Source of the DNA: Azolla caroliniana
Lineage: Eukaryota; Plantae; Polypodiophyta
Direction: 5' to 3'
Length of the DNA stretch: 64,000 nucleotides
NCBI GenBank assembly: GCA_043228905.1
Contig: JBHGNT010000018.1
Coordinates: 2,914,001-2,978,000, forward strand
The notes below the pieces were generated by a model. It worked only from the letters and a program-made list of their open reading frames with translations, was not told the origin of the DNA and made no database searches. Both the position numbers and the translations under genes were made by a program. Of this stretch, positions 1-11,341 are shown piece by piece. The first letter of the stretch is position 1. Each line of letters opens with the position of its first letter.

Positions 1-114
1 GCCGTGTCCCTGTGATTCTACGCTCGCACGTAGTGGGTCTCTCTCTTTTACTCTTCGGTACAGGACCCCCGAGGTCCCGCCTCACTCCACGTATCCGCGA
101 GGAATACCTCGACA
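1..114 (+). repeat. Gypsy 5' LTR, 3' portion only
   Basis: 112/114 identical to 6346-6459; ends ...CTCGACA just before the PBS. Confidence 0.95.
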
Positions 115-118
115 TATT

Positions 119-136
119 TGGTGAACCCGACGTGAA
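119..136 (+). promoter_or_regulatory. Primer binding site complementary to the tRNA-Trp 3' end
   Basis: TGGTGAACCCGACGTGAA lies 4 nt after the LTR and is the reverse complement of TTCACGTCGGGTTCACCA, the plant cytosolic tRNA-Trp 3' end as I recall it. Confidence 0.8.
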
Positions 137-158
137 GGAGGCGGCAGAAGAGCAGAAG

Positions 159-2285
159 ATGAGGGGGTCGGATCTTGCAGAGGCCATGGCTTCGGCCGTG
201 GATCGAATATTGAGCACACGCGAGGGCACCGGTGCCCTCGACAGAGCCATTGAGGCGGTCGTCGGTACGATCGGCCGTTTCAGCGGAAAGGATGCCACGA
301 GGTATTTGGCGTCCTACGGGGCGGAAATGCTGATGCGGGACATTCCGGAAGAGAGGCGTCTTGCCGGGTTCCCTCGGGTGGCGATGCCGAGCATCCATGC
401 GGAGGTGCTCGAGGTACGGGCGGAGAGTCGTACCTGGGAGGAGTTCGAAGGCCGACTCCTAGAGAAATATGGGCTGGACGACGCGCTTCGGCTTTCGAAA
501 TGGGACTTCATTGAATGGGTGGAGTCCCCCGGCAAAGGAAGAAACGCGTCGGCACTCCTCCGGGAGTTCGAAGAACGCTTTGCGCGCCTTTCGGCGCTTG
601 ACCGAACTATCCTGGATACGAGCCGGGTCCTACTGTTCGTCAAGTCGGTGGACGAGCGGGACCGGGATCAAGTCGGCTCCTTGCTGGAAACTGAAGACAG
701 GTTGACGACCGACTGGGCTGCAGTTAAGAGAGTCTGTGGCCGTTTCGACAAACGGCGAGAATGGGCTGACAACGGGGCGGCCGGTGCGGGCTCTGTTACA
801 GCAAGGAGGCTTGAACCGGCGCCGCAAGTGCGAAGGGAAGAAACCCGGGAATGGCTCGAAACCGGTCCGGCTTCGACCAGCATGGTCAATGGCTCGTCCG
901 GAGGAGCAGCGGTAGAGGAGTTGACGCGGGCGATAAAGGATCTCCAGATCGCCCAGACTCGAAGGGAAGGCGGCGATCCGGCTCGTGACCGACGGCCGGC
1001 AGCGGGGAACAGGTGCATGTGGTGCGACGAGGTCGGCCACATTCGGAAGGACTGCGGCGATTTCGCAGAGGCGCTGAGAAACCGGCTGGTGTACCTGTGG
1101 GAAGGCCGGGTGCACGCTGGCGACACTAGGAGGGCCCTGAGCCGAAACGACGGGCGAGGAGGTATGAAGAGACTGATGGAAGAGGCAGCGGCCCGACACG
1201 TGGAGGCCATCCACTACTCGGCGTCGGCCGGCATTCGGGTCGGGGGCAGCGAGGCCCGAAAGGAGGGCAAAGACGGATTCTGATCGGCGATGCTGGAAGG
1301 CCTCGCCGGCGCGCGACTGAGGAAAGATGAAACGGACCACGCTGAGAGACGGGTCCGGGAAATAACTAGGTGGAGCGATCCGGTCGAGGAGAAGACGGGC
1401 TTCGTAGAAGCCGCTTGCCGGAACTACGAGGCTCTGGTAGAAGAGAAACGAGTGGGGAAAGCTGGAGCGACCGGGCCCTCACAACGGTACGAGACCCGAT
1501 TCAAACAACAACGGAACGATGCCGGTGGGCCCGGCCCGCAAGATAACCCCAGGAAGGGCGGGTACCGACTGGGGACAGAAATAGAAAGGACTACGGACCT
1601 ACGGAAGGTCCTAGAGGAACGGATCCTCGACAGCAAAGTGGAGCTGTCATTGCGAGAGGTGCTAGGGATCGCCAAGAAGGAATTCCACGACTCCATTGTG
1701 GACCTGGTGAAACGGAAGAGGCTGCCAACGGAGACGGATGCGGAAAGACCGGTAGAGGTGCGGACGACGCACATCGACGACTCGGCGCTGGCAGATGAGT
1801 GGGCGGAGAGCCACTATTCGAGGCCACACTGGGCCCGAGCGACCGCGGAGACCCCGGTAAAGATCGGAGATGTTCGGGAACCGGTGGTGGCGTTGGTGGA
1901 CCACGGTTCGGAAATAAACCTAATGTCCATGGACTTCTATAAGAAGGGGAAGTGGCCGATCAACACCAAGCACGGGTGGAAGATACGGGCGGCGACGCGC
2001 GCCACCGAGGAACTGCATGGGGCCTGCCCGAACGTGCGAGTCAAGATCGGCGACGTCGAGGTTGACCAGCACTTCTTCGTACAGGAGACGTCTTCGCATC
2101 CGGTCATATTAGGGGAACCATACATCACGGCGGCAAGAATGGAGACCAAGGTGCTGGACAACGGTTCGGCTTACGCTAGGGTCAAAAGCCAGGACGGGCG
2201 CCATTCGGTGCAATTTTTGACGGTGCGGCCGAACCACGAGAGAAACCGCGAATCCCTCGGTGGCGAGAACCGGGAGGATTTTTAG
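159..2285 (+). pseudogene. gag: Gypsy gag-protease ORF with one premature TGA at 1281-1283
   Basis: First ATG after the PBS is at 159. Zinc knuckle CMWCDEVGHIRKDC. ORFs 12..1283 and 1290..2285 share a frame. Aspartic protease motif ALVDHGSEINLM. Confidence 0.9.
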
Positions 2286-2347
2286 AGAGGGCTGCCAAGG
2301 CGTGGGGCCGAGACAGTCCGGACACTCGGGAAAGACCCCACGACTGT
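2276..2347 (+). promoter_or_regulatory. Putative -1 ribosomal frameshift signal: G GAT TTT slippery heptamer plus downstream structure
   Basis: The heptamer (2276-2282) directly precedes the gag-PR stop. The -1 frame is open from here into pol. Complementary segments 2289-2294/2314-2319 and 2301-2307/2336-2342. Confidence 0.7.
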
Positions 2348-5300
2348 ACGATAGGTAGGGGATTTTGCTTCTCCGACAACGGAGGGTGTATGATGGTCGG
2401 CATCGTTGGCCGAGAAAAGACAAGGGCGGAAGAGCGACTTCGAGCATGCGGAGTTCTCGGCTCGGACGAGGAAATCAGCGGAGCCGTGGAGGCGGTCTCC
2501 TTCGACGACACCTTAGGGACGCTGAGGAAGGTTGCCGGAGAAAACCTCAACGAAGACCGGACGATACCGGTATGTTCCGAAGAGATGTACGAAGTCATCG
2601 CGGACTTCAGTCGGGGCCTCGGGTCGGATCGGACGGCACGAGTTAGCACAAAGTACAAGACTGTGGACCGGAAGGTAAGGCCAGTCGCGGCACCCTTACC
2701 GGAGGACAGCGAGTCCCGGATCAGAGGGGTTGCGTCGGACCCCAGTTTACGAGATCCGGCCCGCATAGGACACACCTTCACCGACGGGACGCTCCGGGAG
2801 CTCAAAATCGGTGGGGGCGGGTTCCTACTGCCGGCGGAGGAAGACCGATTTCGGAGGATGCTCGGAAGGCACGGGAAAGCCTTCGCATTCTCACCGAAAG
2901 AGATTGGGTGCGTAGACCCAACGATCGTGGAGCCGATGGTGATATTCACGGTACCGCATGTGCCGTGGAATCTCAAGCCGATTCCGGTACCAAGAGCTAA
3001 CATCCCGAAGTTGATGGAGCTATTGAGGCAGAAAGTAAATATGGGCATTCTCGAACCGTCGAGTGCCCCATACTCAAACCGATGGTTCACCATACCGAAG
3101 AAAAACGGAACGTTGCGCTTCATTCAAGACCTGCAGCCGGTCAACAGAGTGACCATTTGAAACACAGGAATCGGACCGACCATAGACGAGTTCGCGGAGG
3201 CCTTCGCCGGAAGGTCGATTTACTCGGTCGGTGATCTGTACTCGGGGTACGACCAGTTCCAGCTAGCCGTGGAGAGCAGAGACATTACGACAATGCGAAC
3301 TCCCCTCGGTCTAGTGCGAATGTGTACCCTGCCACAAGGAGGGACCAACTCGGTGGCCCACATGGTGAATGCAATGAACAAAGTACTGAGGGATTGCATA
3401 CCGGACATCACCATGCCGTTTCTTGACGACATCCCCATAAAGGGATGCCCGGTGGAGGAGAAGGACGAGACAGTCGGGCCGGACGGATGCCGGCGATTCG
3501 TGAAGAAACACATCGACGACTGCGAGAAGGTGCTACAAAGGCTAGAGGATGCTAGGCTCACCTTCTCCAGGGAGAAATCGGCCTTCGGGCAATCGGAAAT
3601 CCTGGTAGTCGGACACCTATGTGGGCCATATGGCCGGAAGCCGTCTCCGGCAAAGGTAGAAGCCATCTCCGTGATGAAGACCGACTGTGGCTCGGTTACG
3701 GAAGTTCGGAGGTTCCTGGGGGCATGCGCATTCTACCACATATGGATCCCGCATTACACCCACGTTGCGGAGCCGCTATACGGGCTGCTGAAGAAAGGGC
3801 AAAAATTCGAATGGTGAGACGAGCATACGGAGTCGGTCCGGAAGCTGAAGGAAGCTCTTGCGGCAGCACCGGCGCTCCGGAAGGCTGTTTACGGGAAGGG
3901 TACCCCAGTATACATAACGGTGGATACGAGTCCGACCGGGATCGGATGGGTCGTCAACCAAGAAGACGAGGACGGCATTCGGTTCCCGATCCGATTCGGC
4001 GCGAAGGTCCTCATGAGCGACAGCGAGGGTACGCCCAGGTTAAACGTGAACTCTGGGGTATCGTTTCGGCAGTAAAGGCCGACAAAGACTACCTGAACGG
4101 GGCAGAAGTGATTATCGAGACGGATTGCCTGCCAATTCTTGGCATGGTTTCTTGATGCGCGACACCGGACCTGGCAATGCTCAGGTGGATAGCGTACATC
4201 AAGTCCCTGGACCCGGAGATACGACACATTTCCGGAAAGGACAACGCCATGGCCGACATGCTTTCGAGGGCGAGGTTTGATGACGACGGCGGCATGGTTT
4301 CGGAGGACGAAGAAGTCGGCGTGGACTTCTTCGAGTCGGCGTACGTGACGACCGATGGGACGAGCACTCCGGCACTTAACGACTTCGACGAGAGCAAGTA
4401 CGACGGCGAGTGGCTCCAGATCGGTGGATTCTTGAGGACAATGACGCCGGATGCGTCATGGACGAAGGACGAGGCCAACCGGATCCGGAAGAAAGCTTAC
4501 CGATTCTTTCTCCGGGACGGATACTTATGGAAGCACCCGAAGAAGAGGGACGGCGCTCCGCTCCGGGTGGTGGCGATGAAGGAAGAACAGGAGGAGCTGC
4601 TGACGGCCTACCACGACAGCCCTTGGGCCGGACACCGTGGAACCTGGGCCACGTTCGAGAAGATAAAAGGGAAGTACTGGTGGCCGGGACTGTACCGGGA
4701 CATGCATCGATTCGTGACAACTTGCGAGAGCTGTCAGATGCACTCCATAGTCCGACACCGGGACGAACTTCACCCTACGTACCCTCCGACCATCCACTTC
4801 AAATGGATGGTAGACCTGGTAACGATGCCGATAGGAGTAGGACAGATGCGGTATCTGGTCCTGGCTCGGGAAGATCTAACGAACCAGGTGGAAGGCCGGG
4901 CCCTTCAGAACAAAACGACTGCGGCCGTATGTCGGTTCCTGCTCAAGGACGTAATATGCCGGTACGGGTGCGTCGGGAAGATCGTGGCTGATCGCGGGGA
5001 GTTGGACGCCGGAGAGACCGAGGAGCTGTTCGACCGGCTAGGAGTCAAGCTCTCGCTTACCACTGCGTACAATCCGGAGGCGAATGGAAAGGTGGAGCGC
5101 GGACACGGACCGATCGTCAAGGCGTTAGTTCGGGCATGCGGAGGTCGAGTCGGGAACTGGCCACGGCTACTGCCTTACGCGTTGTGGGCTGACCGGACTA
5201 CGCACAGTTCGATAACCGGATTCATGCCGGCAGAGCTCATGTTTGGGCAGAAGCCGATCATGCCGATCGAACGTACGGTCTCCTCATGGGCAACCGTGGA

Positions 5301-5748
5301 CTGGAGAGACGAGATGAGCCGGGAGGAACTGTTGACAGTGCGCATACGACAGCTCGAGCGGAGACCGAAGGACGTGGAGCAAGCTACGGAAAAGCTTCGG
5401 GGAGCAAGGATGAGGAACAAAGCCAGGTTCGACCGAACACACCGGCTCTGACCGAAGAAGATCGAGGAAGGCGACTGGGTGCTAGTCTATGACAGCAGCC
5501 TCGACAACCAGCACCGAGCGACGCGGAAGTTCGCAAGAAGGTGGTTCGGGCCTTACGTGGTACAAAGCGCCAACGACAACGGGACGTACCATCTAGCGGA
5601 ACTCGACGGTACGAGAATGACGATACCGGTAGCTGGGAAGCGGATCAAGACGTTCAAGAAGCGTCACGACGACGAGCCGGATCAGGTTGACTTGGACCAC
5701 GACGACGAGCGATCCGAAACCGAGGAAGAACCGACGGGCGAAGAATGA
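2282..5748 (+). pseudogene. pol: Gypsy pol (RT, RNase H, integrase), disrupted
   Basis: RT motifs LRFIQDLQPVN, DLYSGY, LPQG and FLDD. RNase H TVDTS...IIETDC...NAMADMLSR. Integrase H-H-C-C (HDSPWAGH...CESC), VDL, ADRG, NGKVER and GPY. TGA stops at 3158, 3815, 4153 and 5449, plus a frameshift near 4013. Confidence 0.93.
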
Positions 5749-5808
5749 AGGCTGGACCGGTTTCCTCCGTCCCATCACAATTTGGCGCATGCCGGTGGAT
5801 GCGCGGTT

Positions 5809-5821
5809 AGGTGGGGGCGGA
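5809..5821 (+). promoter_or_regulatory. Polypurine tract of the Gypsy element
   Basis: AGGTGGGGGCGGA immediately before the TGTCG LTR start. Confidence 0.8.
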
Positions 5822-6459
5822 TGTCGTGAAGAAAACCGTCCACAAGCGGAATCGGTGTACCGGAGCGTAGAAACCGACTCTTCATGCACGTGCGCCTTAA
5901 GTTGTACACGGGAGATCCTAGGTAGATTCGGTAGGTAGGGAGTAAAGGGGGGGGGAAACGGCTCCTTCCTTGCCTATAAAAGGAGGGAGACGAGGAGAGT
6001 AAAGGGATCGCGGAGTGTCGAGGACGAAGTGCGGACGGATTGGGCGCGAAGGCTTCTCTCTCTCTCTCTCTCTCTGGTTCGCAGACTCCATAGCTTCCTT
6101 CTGTGCAGGTTTCGGGAGGCTCGCGCTGCTCTGAGGAAAGCCCGAGTGCTTCCGGCAGCACCTCCAACCTGTTCCTGTCTTTCTATGCGCTTACGAACAG
6201 GCATCGACATCTGTCCGCCGGCCTGTTCGGTTGTAACCGACTTCGTGCTTTGTTGTCTTCGTGTTTTTGTCGTTTGTCTTGTGAATACATACATACTTTC
6301 GTGTCTTTTTGTGTCGCTGTCCCATTCACGTCTTTGCGTCGAAGGGCCGTGTCCCTGTGATTCTACGCTCGCACGTAGTGGGTCTCTCTCTTTTACTCTT
6401 CGGTACAGGACCCTCGAGGTCCCGCCTCACTCCACGTATCCGCGGGGAATACCTCGACA
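5822..6459 (+). repeat. Gypsy 3' LTR, 638 bp
   Basis: TGTCG...CGACA inverted termini; TATAAAA near 5975; (CT)n tract; 3' end matches 1-114. Confidence 0.93.
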
Positions 6460-6787
6460 ACGTGATTTTCTTCGACCAGTAGCATCGACTAGAGATCGAA
6501 GAAGGAGAGAGGATTCTCCCTCGCGAGGACTGCACATTGTATGATGTTGAACCAAAGTGCTAGGCCTCCGAGGCACATCTGCACCATTTCGTCATCGTCA
6601 ATGTTGACATTGATCGACCCAAGCGAGTGGCACAACTCCTTGATCTTCAAGGTGTGGTTGCCGATTCACATATCCCTATGTTGTATGTTGTTCAACTATT
6701 GTTAGAGTTGAAGCTTTCATGTGGTTGTGTTGGTCGCGAATATCTTTTTGAGGTTACCACACGCCTCCTTTGGTGTTTTTGCCTCCT
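6460..6787 (-). pseudogene. Degenerate Copia gag fragment that the Gypsy element inserted into
   Basis: Minus-strand translation EAKTPKEACGNLKKIFATNTT...KLQL...TLKIKELCHSLGSINVNIDDDEMVQMCLGGLA resembles the Copia gag domain and contains stops. Confidence 0.7.
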
Positions 6788-6862
6788 GTTGGATTCCTAG
6801 CTCTCCGATGAAGTCCTTCATCCAGATTATCTCCTTGTCGGCTTCTACAACTGCCATGTACT

Positions 6863-7653
6863 TGACAGGAACTACACGTCCCCTATGCGCAACGCTCGGC
6901 CACAATTGATCTTAGAATCATACACCAAAAAAAACAGGAATGAATGCATGACACACTGAAGAGAAGAGTACACAGGATGTTTACGTGGAAAACCCAAACT
7001 AGGGAAAAACCACGGCAGCCCACAGGCTGCAAACTATCACTATGTTACAGTGTACAACAGTAAAGCACTGAGGCAACAACCTCGAACTTCTATCTTCGCC
7101 ACAGGCGGCGGTTACAACAGAGGCAACGACCTCTTCCCCTCTCTCTCTCTCTCTCTGTACACAGTTACGCGCTCTGATTTTGCACAAACAAGAATAACAA
7201 CAACTCTCTCTAAAAGTTTGCCCTAAGTCATATTTATACTAATATGACTTTTCGGCTATTTACAAATATAGCCACGATGGACTCTCAGAAACATATTTAC
7301 GAATATGTCTCTTCATCCAGTGAGCACTCCTGACCGGGTCTGCACCATCCGGCACTTGCCGGGTACTCGCCATCCGGTTCTCACCGGGTCTTCCGTTTCT
7401 AGGTACTCCTCATCCGGTTCTCACCGGGTCTGCACCATCCGGCTCTCCGTAGTCGGGTTCTCCTCATCCGGTTCTCACCGGGTCTACACCATCCGGCTCT
7501 CCGTAGCCGGGTTCTCCTCATCCGGTTCTCATCGGGTCTGTACCATCTGGCTCTCCGTAGTCGGGTACTCGTCATCCGGTTTCGGCCTCGGCTGAGTTTT
7601 CTCATCAGCACTGTTCTTCTTCCTTCCCATCCGGGGGGACCTGTCTCCCAACA
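6863..7653 (-). mobile_element. Copia-type solo LTR, 791 bp, inserted in the RNase H of element B
   Basis: TG...CA termini; 5-bp TSD GTACT at 6858-6862 and 7654-7658. Removing it rejoins STMEAEY with MAVVEADKE. Shares blocks with the LTR starting at 11342 (CGTGGAAAACCC, ACTATCACTATG, GGCAACAACCTCGA, CAGGCGGCGGTTACAACA). Confidence 0.9.
7404..7580. repeat. 54-bp tandem repeat, about 3.3 copies, within the solo LTR
   Basis: Unit CTCCTCATCCGGTTCTCACCGGGTCTGCACCATCCGGCTCTCCGTAGTCGGGTT, visible as an 18-aa periodicity in the ORF track. Confidence 0.9.
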
Positions 7654-10600
7654 GTACTCCGCCTCCATGGTTGACAACACAACCGTCTTCTGCAGCCTCA
7701 ACTGCCAGGAAACAGCTCCCCTTGCATAGGTCATGACATATCCGTATGTAGACCGGCTGGTATCCGCAATCAGCCGACATATCCGAATCCGTGAATTCGT
7801 CAAGTTGGGGATTACCAGAGCCAAACCGGAGGCACATACTCAAGGTGCCTTTCAAATACTGGAGTATCCACTTGACCGCGTTCTAGTGTTCTCTTCCGGG
7901 ATTGCTCATGAAACGGCTCACCACTCCGACTGCATATCCGATATCCGGCCGGGTACACACCATTGCGTACATCAAGCTTCTGACAACAAAGGCAAATGGT
8001 ATCTTCATCATATCTTCCTTCTCTATCTTTGTCCTCGGGCTCTGATTTCCGGATAGCTTGCAGTTTGTCAAAAGAGTCGATCCGACTGGTTTCGCATCCG
8101 ACATGTTGAACCGCTGAAGCACCTTTGTCACGTACTTCTCATGTGACAACCACAACAGCTTCTTCGACCGGTCCTGGATGATGTGCATACCCAATATCTG
8201 TCTTGCTGGACCCAAGTCTTTCATTTAGAAAGTCTGGTTCAGAGCCTTCTTCAGCATCTGGATCTTGCCTTGGTCTCATCCAACGATCAACATATCATCC
8301 ACATAGAGGAGGAGTATCAGAAAGTCTCCTCTGTCAAATTTCTTCACAAACACACAATGATCGGCTTGCGTTTTGTGGTACCCTTGGTCGGTCATGAAGG
8401 AGTCGAACTTCCGGTACCATTGCCGGGGGGCTTGCTTCAATCTGTATAGGCTCTTATTTAGCCGGCACACCAAGTGCTCCTTCCCTTTTCTCTCAAATCC
8501 TTCCGGTTGATGCATGTAGATCTCTTCTTCGAGGTCTCCGTGTAGGAATGTCGTCTTGACGTGCAATTGCTCTACCTCGAGGTCCATGCTTGCCGTTATG
8601 CCCAATATCGTCCGGATGGATGTCATCTTTACTACTGGGGCAAAGATCTCATCGAAGTCCACTCCTTTCTTCTGCTCGAAGCCCTTCACCACGATTCGGG
8701 CCTTATACCTTGGTGGATTTCTGGTGTCTCCTAGTTTTAGCTTGTACACCCACTTGTTCCGGAGTGTCCTTTGTCCTTTCGGCAACTCCACCAATTCGTA
8801 TGTGTGGTTCTCATGCAGGGAATCCATCTTGTCCTACATGGCACTCAACCACTTGTGGCTGTGGGTGTCTCCCCTTGCTTCTTCAAAGCTTTCCAGCTCC
8901 CCCTCATTGGTTAGCAACACACGCTCTACATCTAGAAATCTCTAAGGGGCTCTTCTTTCTCGGAGAGGATATCTCTGTCCTTGGCTTCTGACTACCGGTT
9001 CTTCCGTTTGTTCTGAATCCGAATCCGATTTGGGATCTTGTCTGGTTCTGGTGTCTTCTCCTTCTTCAGTCGGTTCGGTTTCTTGTTCGTATCCGGCCGG
9101 TTCGTGGAGTGTCATCCGGTTACCGGCTAACATCCGGCTTTCAACCGCGTAGGTCCTTGGGTCCTTAGGCCGGTTTTCATTGGATGATCCGGAGTTGGTC
9201 ATCTTCTTCTCCGACTCCCAGTCGGCAATGGTCCTGTCTTCCATGAAGACTATGTCCCGACTCCGGAACACCTTCTTGTCGACCAGATCCCACACCCGGT
9301 AACCGAACTCATCGTCGCCGTATCCAAGGAATGTGCATGGCCGGGACTTCGGATCTAGCTTTGCTCTCTTGTCCTTCGCCACATGCACGTATGCGAGACA
9401 CTCGAACACCTTCAGATGCCGGTAAGATACATCTTTACCGGTCCATACTTTCTGAGGTGTGTCTCCTCCCAAGGGTACTGAGGGTGATTTGTTTATCACG
9501 TAGGTCGTCGTTGTTAGCGCCTCATCCCAAAACTTCTTGGGTGACTTGGCATGTGCGATCATGCTCTGGACTCTCTCCATTATGGTCTGGTTCATCCTTT
9601 TGTCCAGCCCGTTTAGTTCCGGCATCTTTGGCACGGTGAATTTGAGTCGGATTCCCTTCGACCGGCAGTACTCCTCGAACTACCCCCAATATTCTCCTCT
9701 ATTATCTGCTCGAACCGCCTTCATCTTCCGGCTAGTTTCTCTTTCCACTCTCGCGTGGAGCTCCTTGAAGACGGATAGCACCTGATCCTTCGTCTTCAAT
9801 GGTGAGACCCACAACTTCCGGCTATGGTCATCTATGAACGTCATGAAGTACTACGATCCGGCATGTGACTTCGTGTCCACTTGACACACATTTGTATGCA
9901 CCAACTCCAGTGGTGCATTCCATCTCATCGGTGGTCTTGACTGGAAGGAGGTTCGGCAATAGGTGCACTTCTCAAGTTGCATGTCCTTCACTGGAATGAG
10001 GTTGTCTTCGGCAAGCCTCTTCATCCCCTTCTCACTCATGTGACACGGTCCTTTGTGCCACAACACACCGGCAATGTCGGAAGCAAGTACATCAAGTACA
10101 ATGTGTTGACTTTCCAGGCCCGAGCCACTATTAAGCTCCCCTTGCTTAACTTCAAGACTCCGTTCCGGAGGCTAACCGTATAGCCTTCATCATCTAGCCG
10201 ATCGGCTGATATTAGGTTCAGTCGAACATCCTTCAGGAGCAACTTGCATCCGGTTAGTGTCGTCAACCACACATCTCCTATGCCGACAGTTCGGGATGTA
10301 CCTTCATTCCCCATCCAGACACAGCCACCGGCTGTGTAGGATGAGAAGCATTTCCGGTCCGGGGTAAGGTGGAACAACGCTCCGGAATCAACAACCCACG
10401 TTGTCTCGTCGTCGGCAATGTTCAACTCACTCTCCTCGGTGATGAGCATTAGTTCTTCTTCACTTGCCGTGATCACCGTCGTTCCCTTCCAGTCCGGGCC
10501 TCGTCGATCCGAACCGTTCCGGTCCGGTGATTTCTTCGAATCGGTATTGTCGGTTCCCTTGTCTTTCCGGAAATGCCGACAGTTTTCTAGATGTGCCCCG

Positions 10601-11326
10601 GCTTGCCGCAATAGAAGCAAGTGGGCCTCCCCCTTGACTTTGACCGTGTCCCCGACTTTTCCCGGTTATGGGGACTCCGATTCCTTTGTCTTCCGCGTTC
10701 CGATTTGGTAAGGAGGGCTTTGGCATCAGAGATCACCTCCTTGTCTTTCCGACACACCTCCTCATCTAACAAGCTTGACTTGACTCTTGCTAGGGATAGT
10801 TGTTTTCCTTCCGGCCTGGTGTTGCCCAACTTGACAACTAACGTCTCCTAGCTATCCAGGAGGGAACCGAGTAGGAGTAGAGGAAGTACCTCATCGGCGA
10901 GAGGTACTTCCAATGAGGTTGCCCGATGTATCAGCCCCTGGAAGGCATTCATGTGCTCTGCCATACTGGAGCCATCTTGGTACCGGAGCCTCACCAGCTT
11001 TCGAAATACCGAAACCTGATTAACAACATTCTTGTTCTAGAACATGATGTTGGTCTTCTCCCAGAGTTCATGAGCCTTGCTCACTTCATTGAAGTTGTTG
11101 TACAAGCTCATGTCGATGAAGCACCGACTGTATGTCGTCGTCTTCATGTGCATCACCTCCCACACTATGGTGTCGATCTTATCCGGTCTCTTGTCCCCGA
11201 ACTGAACCGGCAACCAAAGATCTTTGACCACCAGCATATCCCTCATCTTCGACTTCCACACTGAGTAGTTGGAGCCGGTGAGCTTGAACATGCTGCCAAA
11301 CGATTCTTCCATTTTCTGTGTTGTTT

Positions 11327-11338
11327 GCTCTGATACCA
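11327..11338 (-). promoter_or_regulatory. PBS (tRNA-iMet) of Copia B
   Basis: Minus strand TGGTATCAGAGC, 3 nt from the LTR end. Confidence 0.93.
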
Positions 11339-11341
11339 TAT

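Larger units (their letters stand above)
1..6459 (+). mobile_element. Ty3/Gypsy LTR retrotransposon, non-chromovirus; 5' LTR cut by the window edge; coding region disabled
   Basis: 1-114 matches 6346-6459 (end of the 3' LTR). PBS, gag with CCHC, protease, RT, RNase H and integrase occur in Gypsy order, followed by a PPT and a TG...CA 3' LTR. Confidence 0.97.

Noticed and set aside
48-6544. Many antisense and alternate-frame ORFs within the Gypsy element
   Set aside because: Expected shadow ORFs of GC-rich coding sequence and LTR.
6863-7653. 3' LTR of Copia B
   Set aside because: No PPT beside it, it interrupts RNase H, it has its own 5-bp TSD, and it is only patchily similar to the 11342 LTR.
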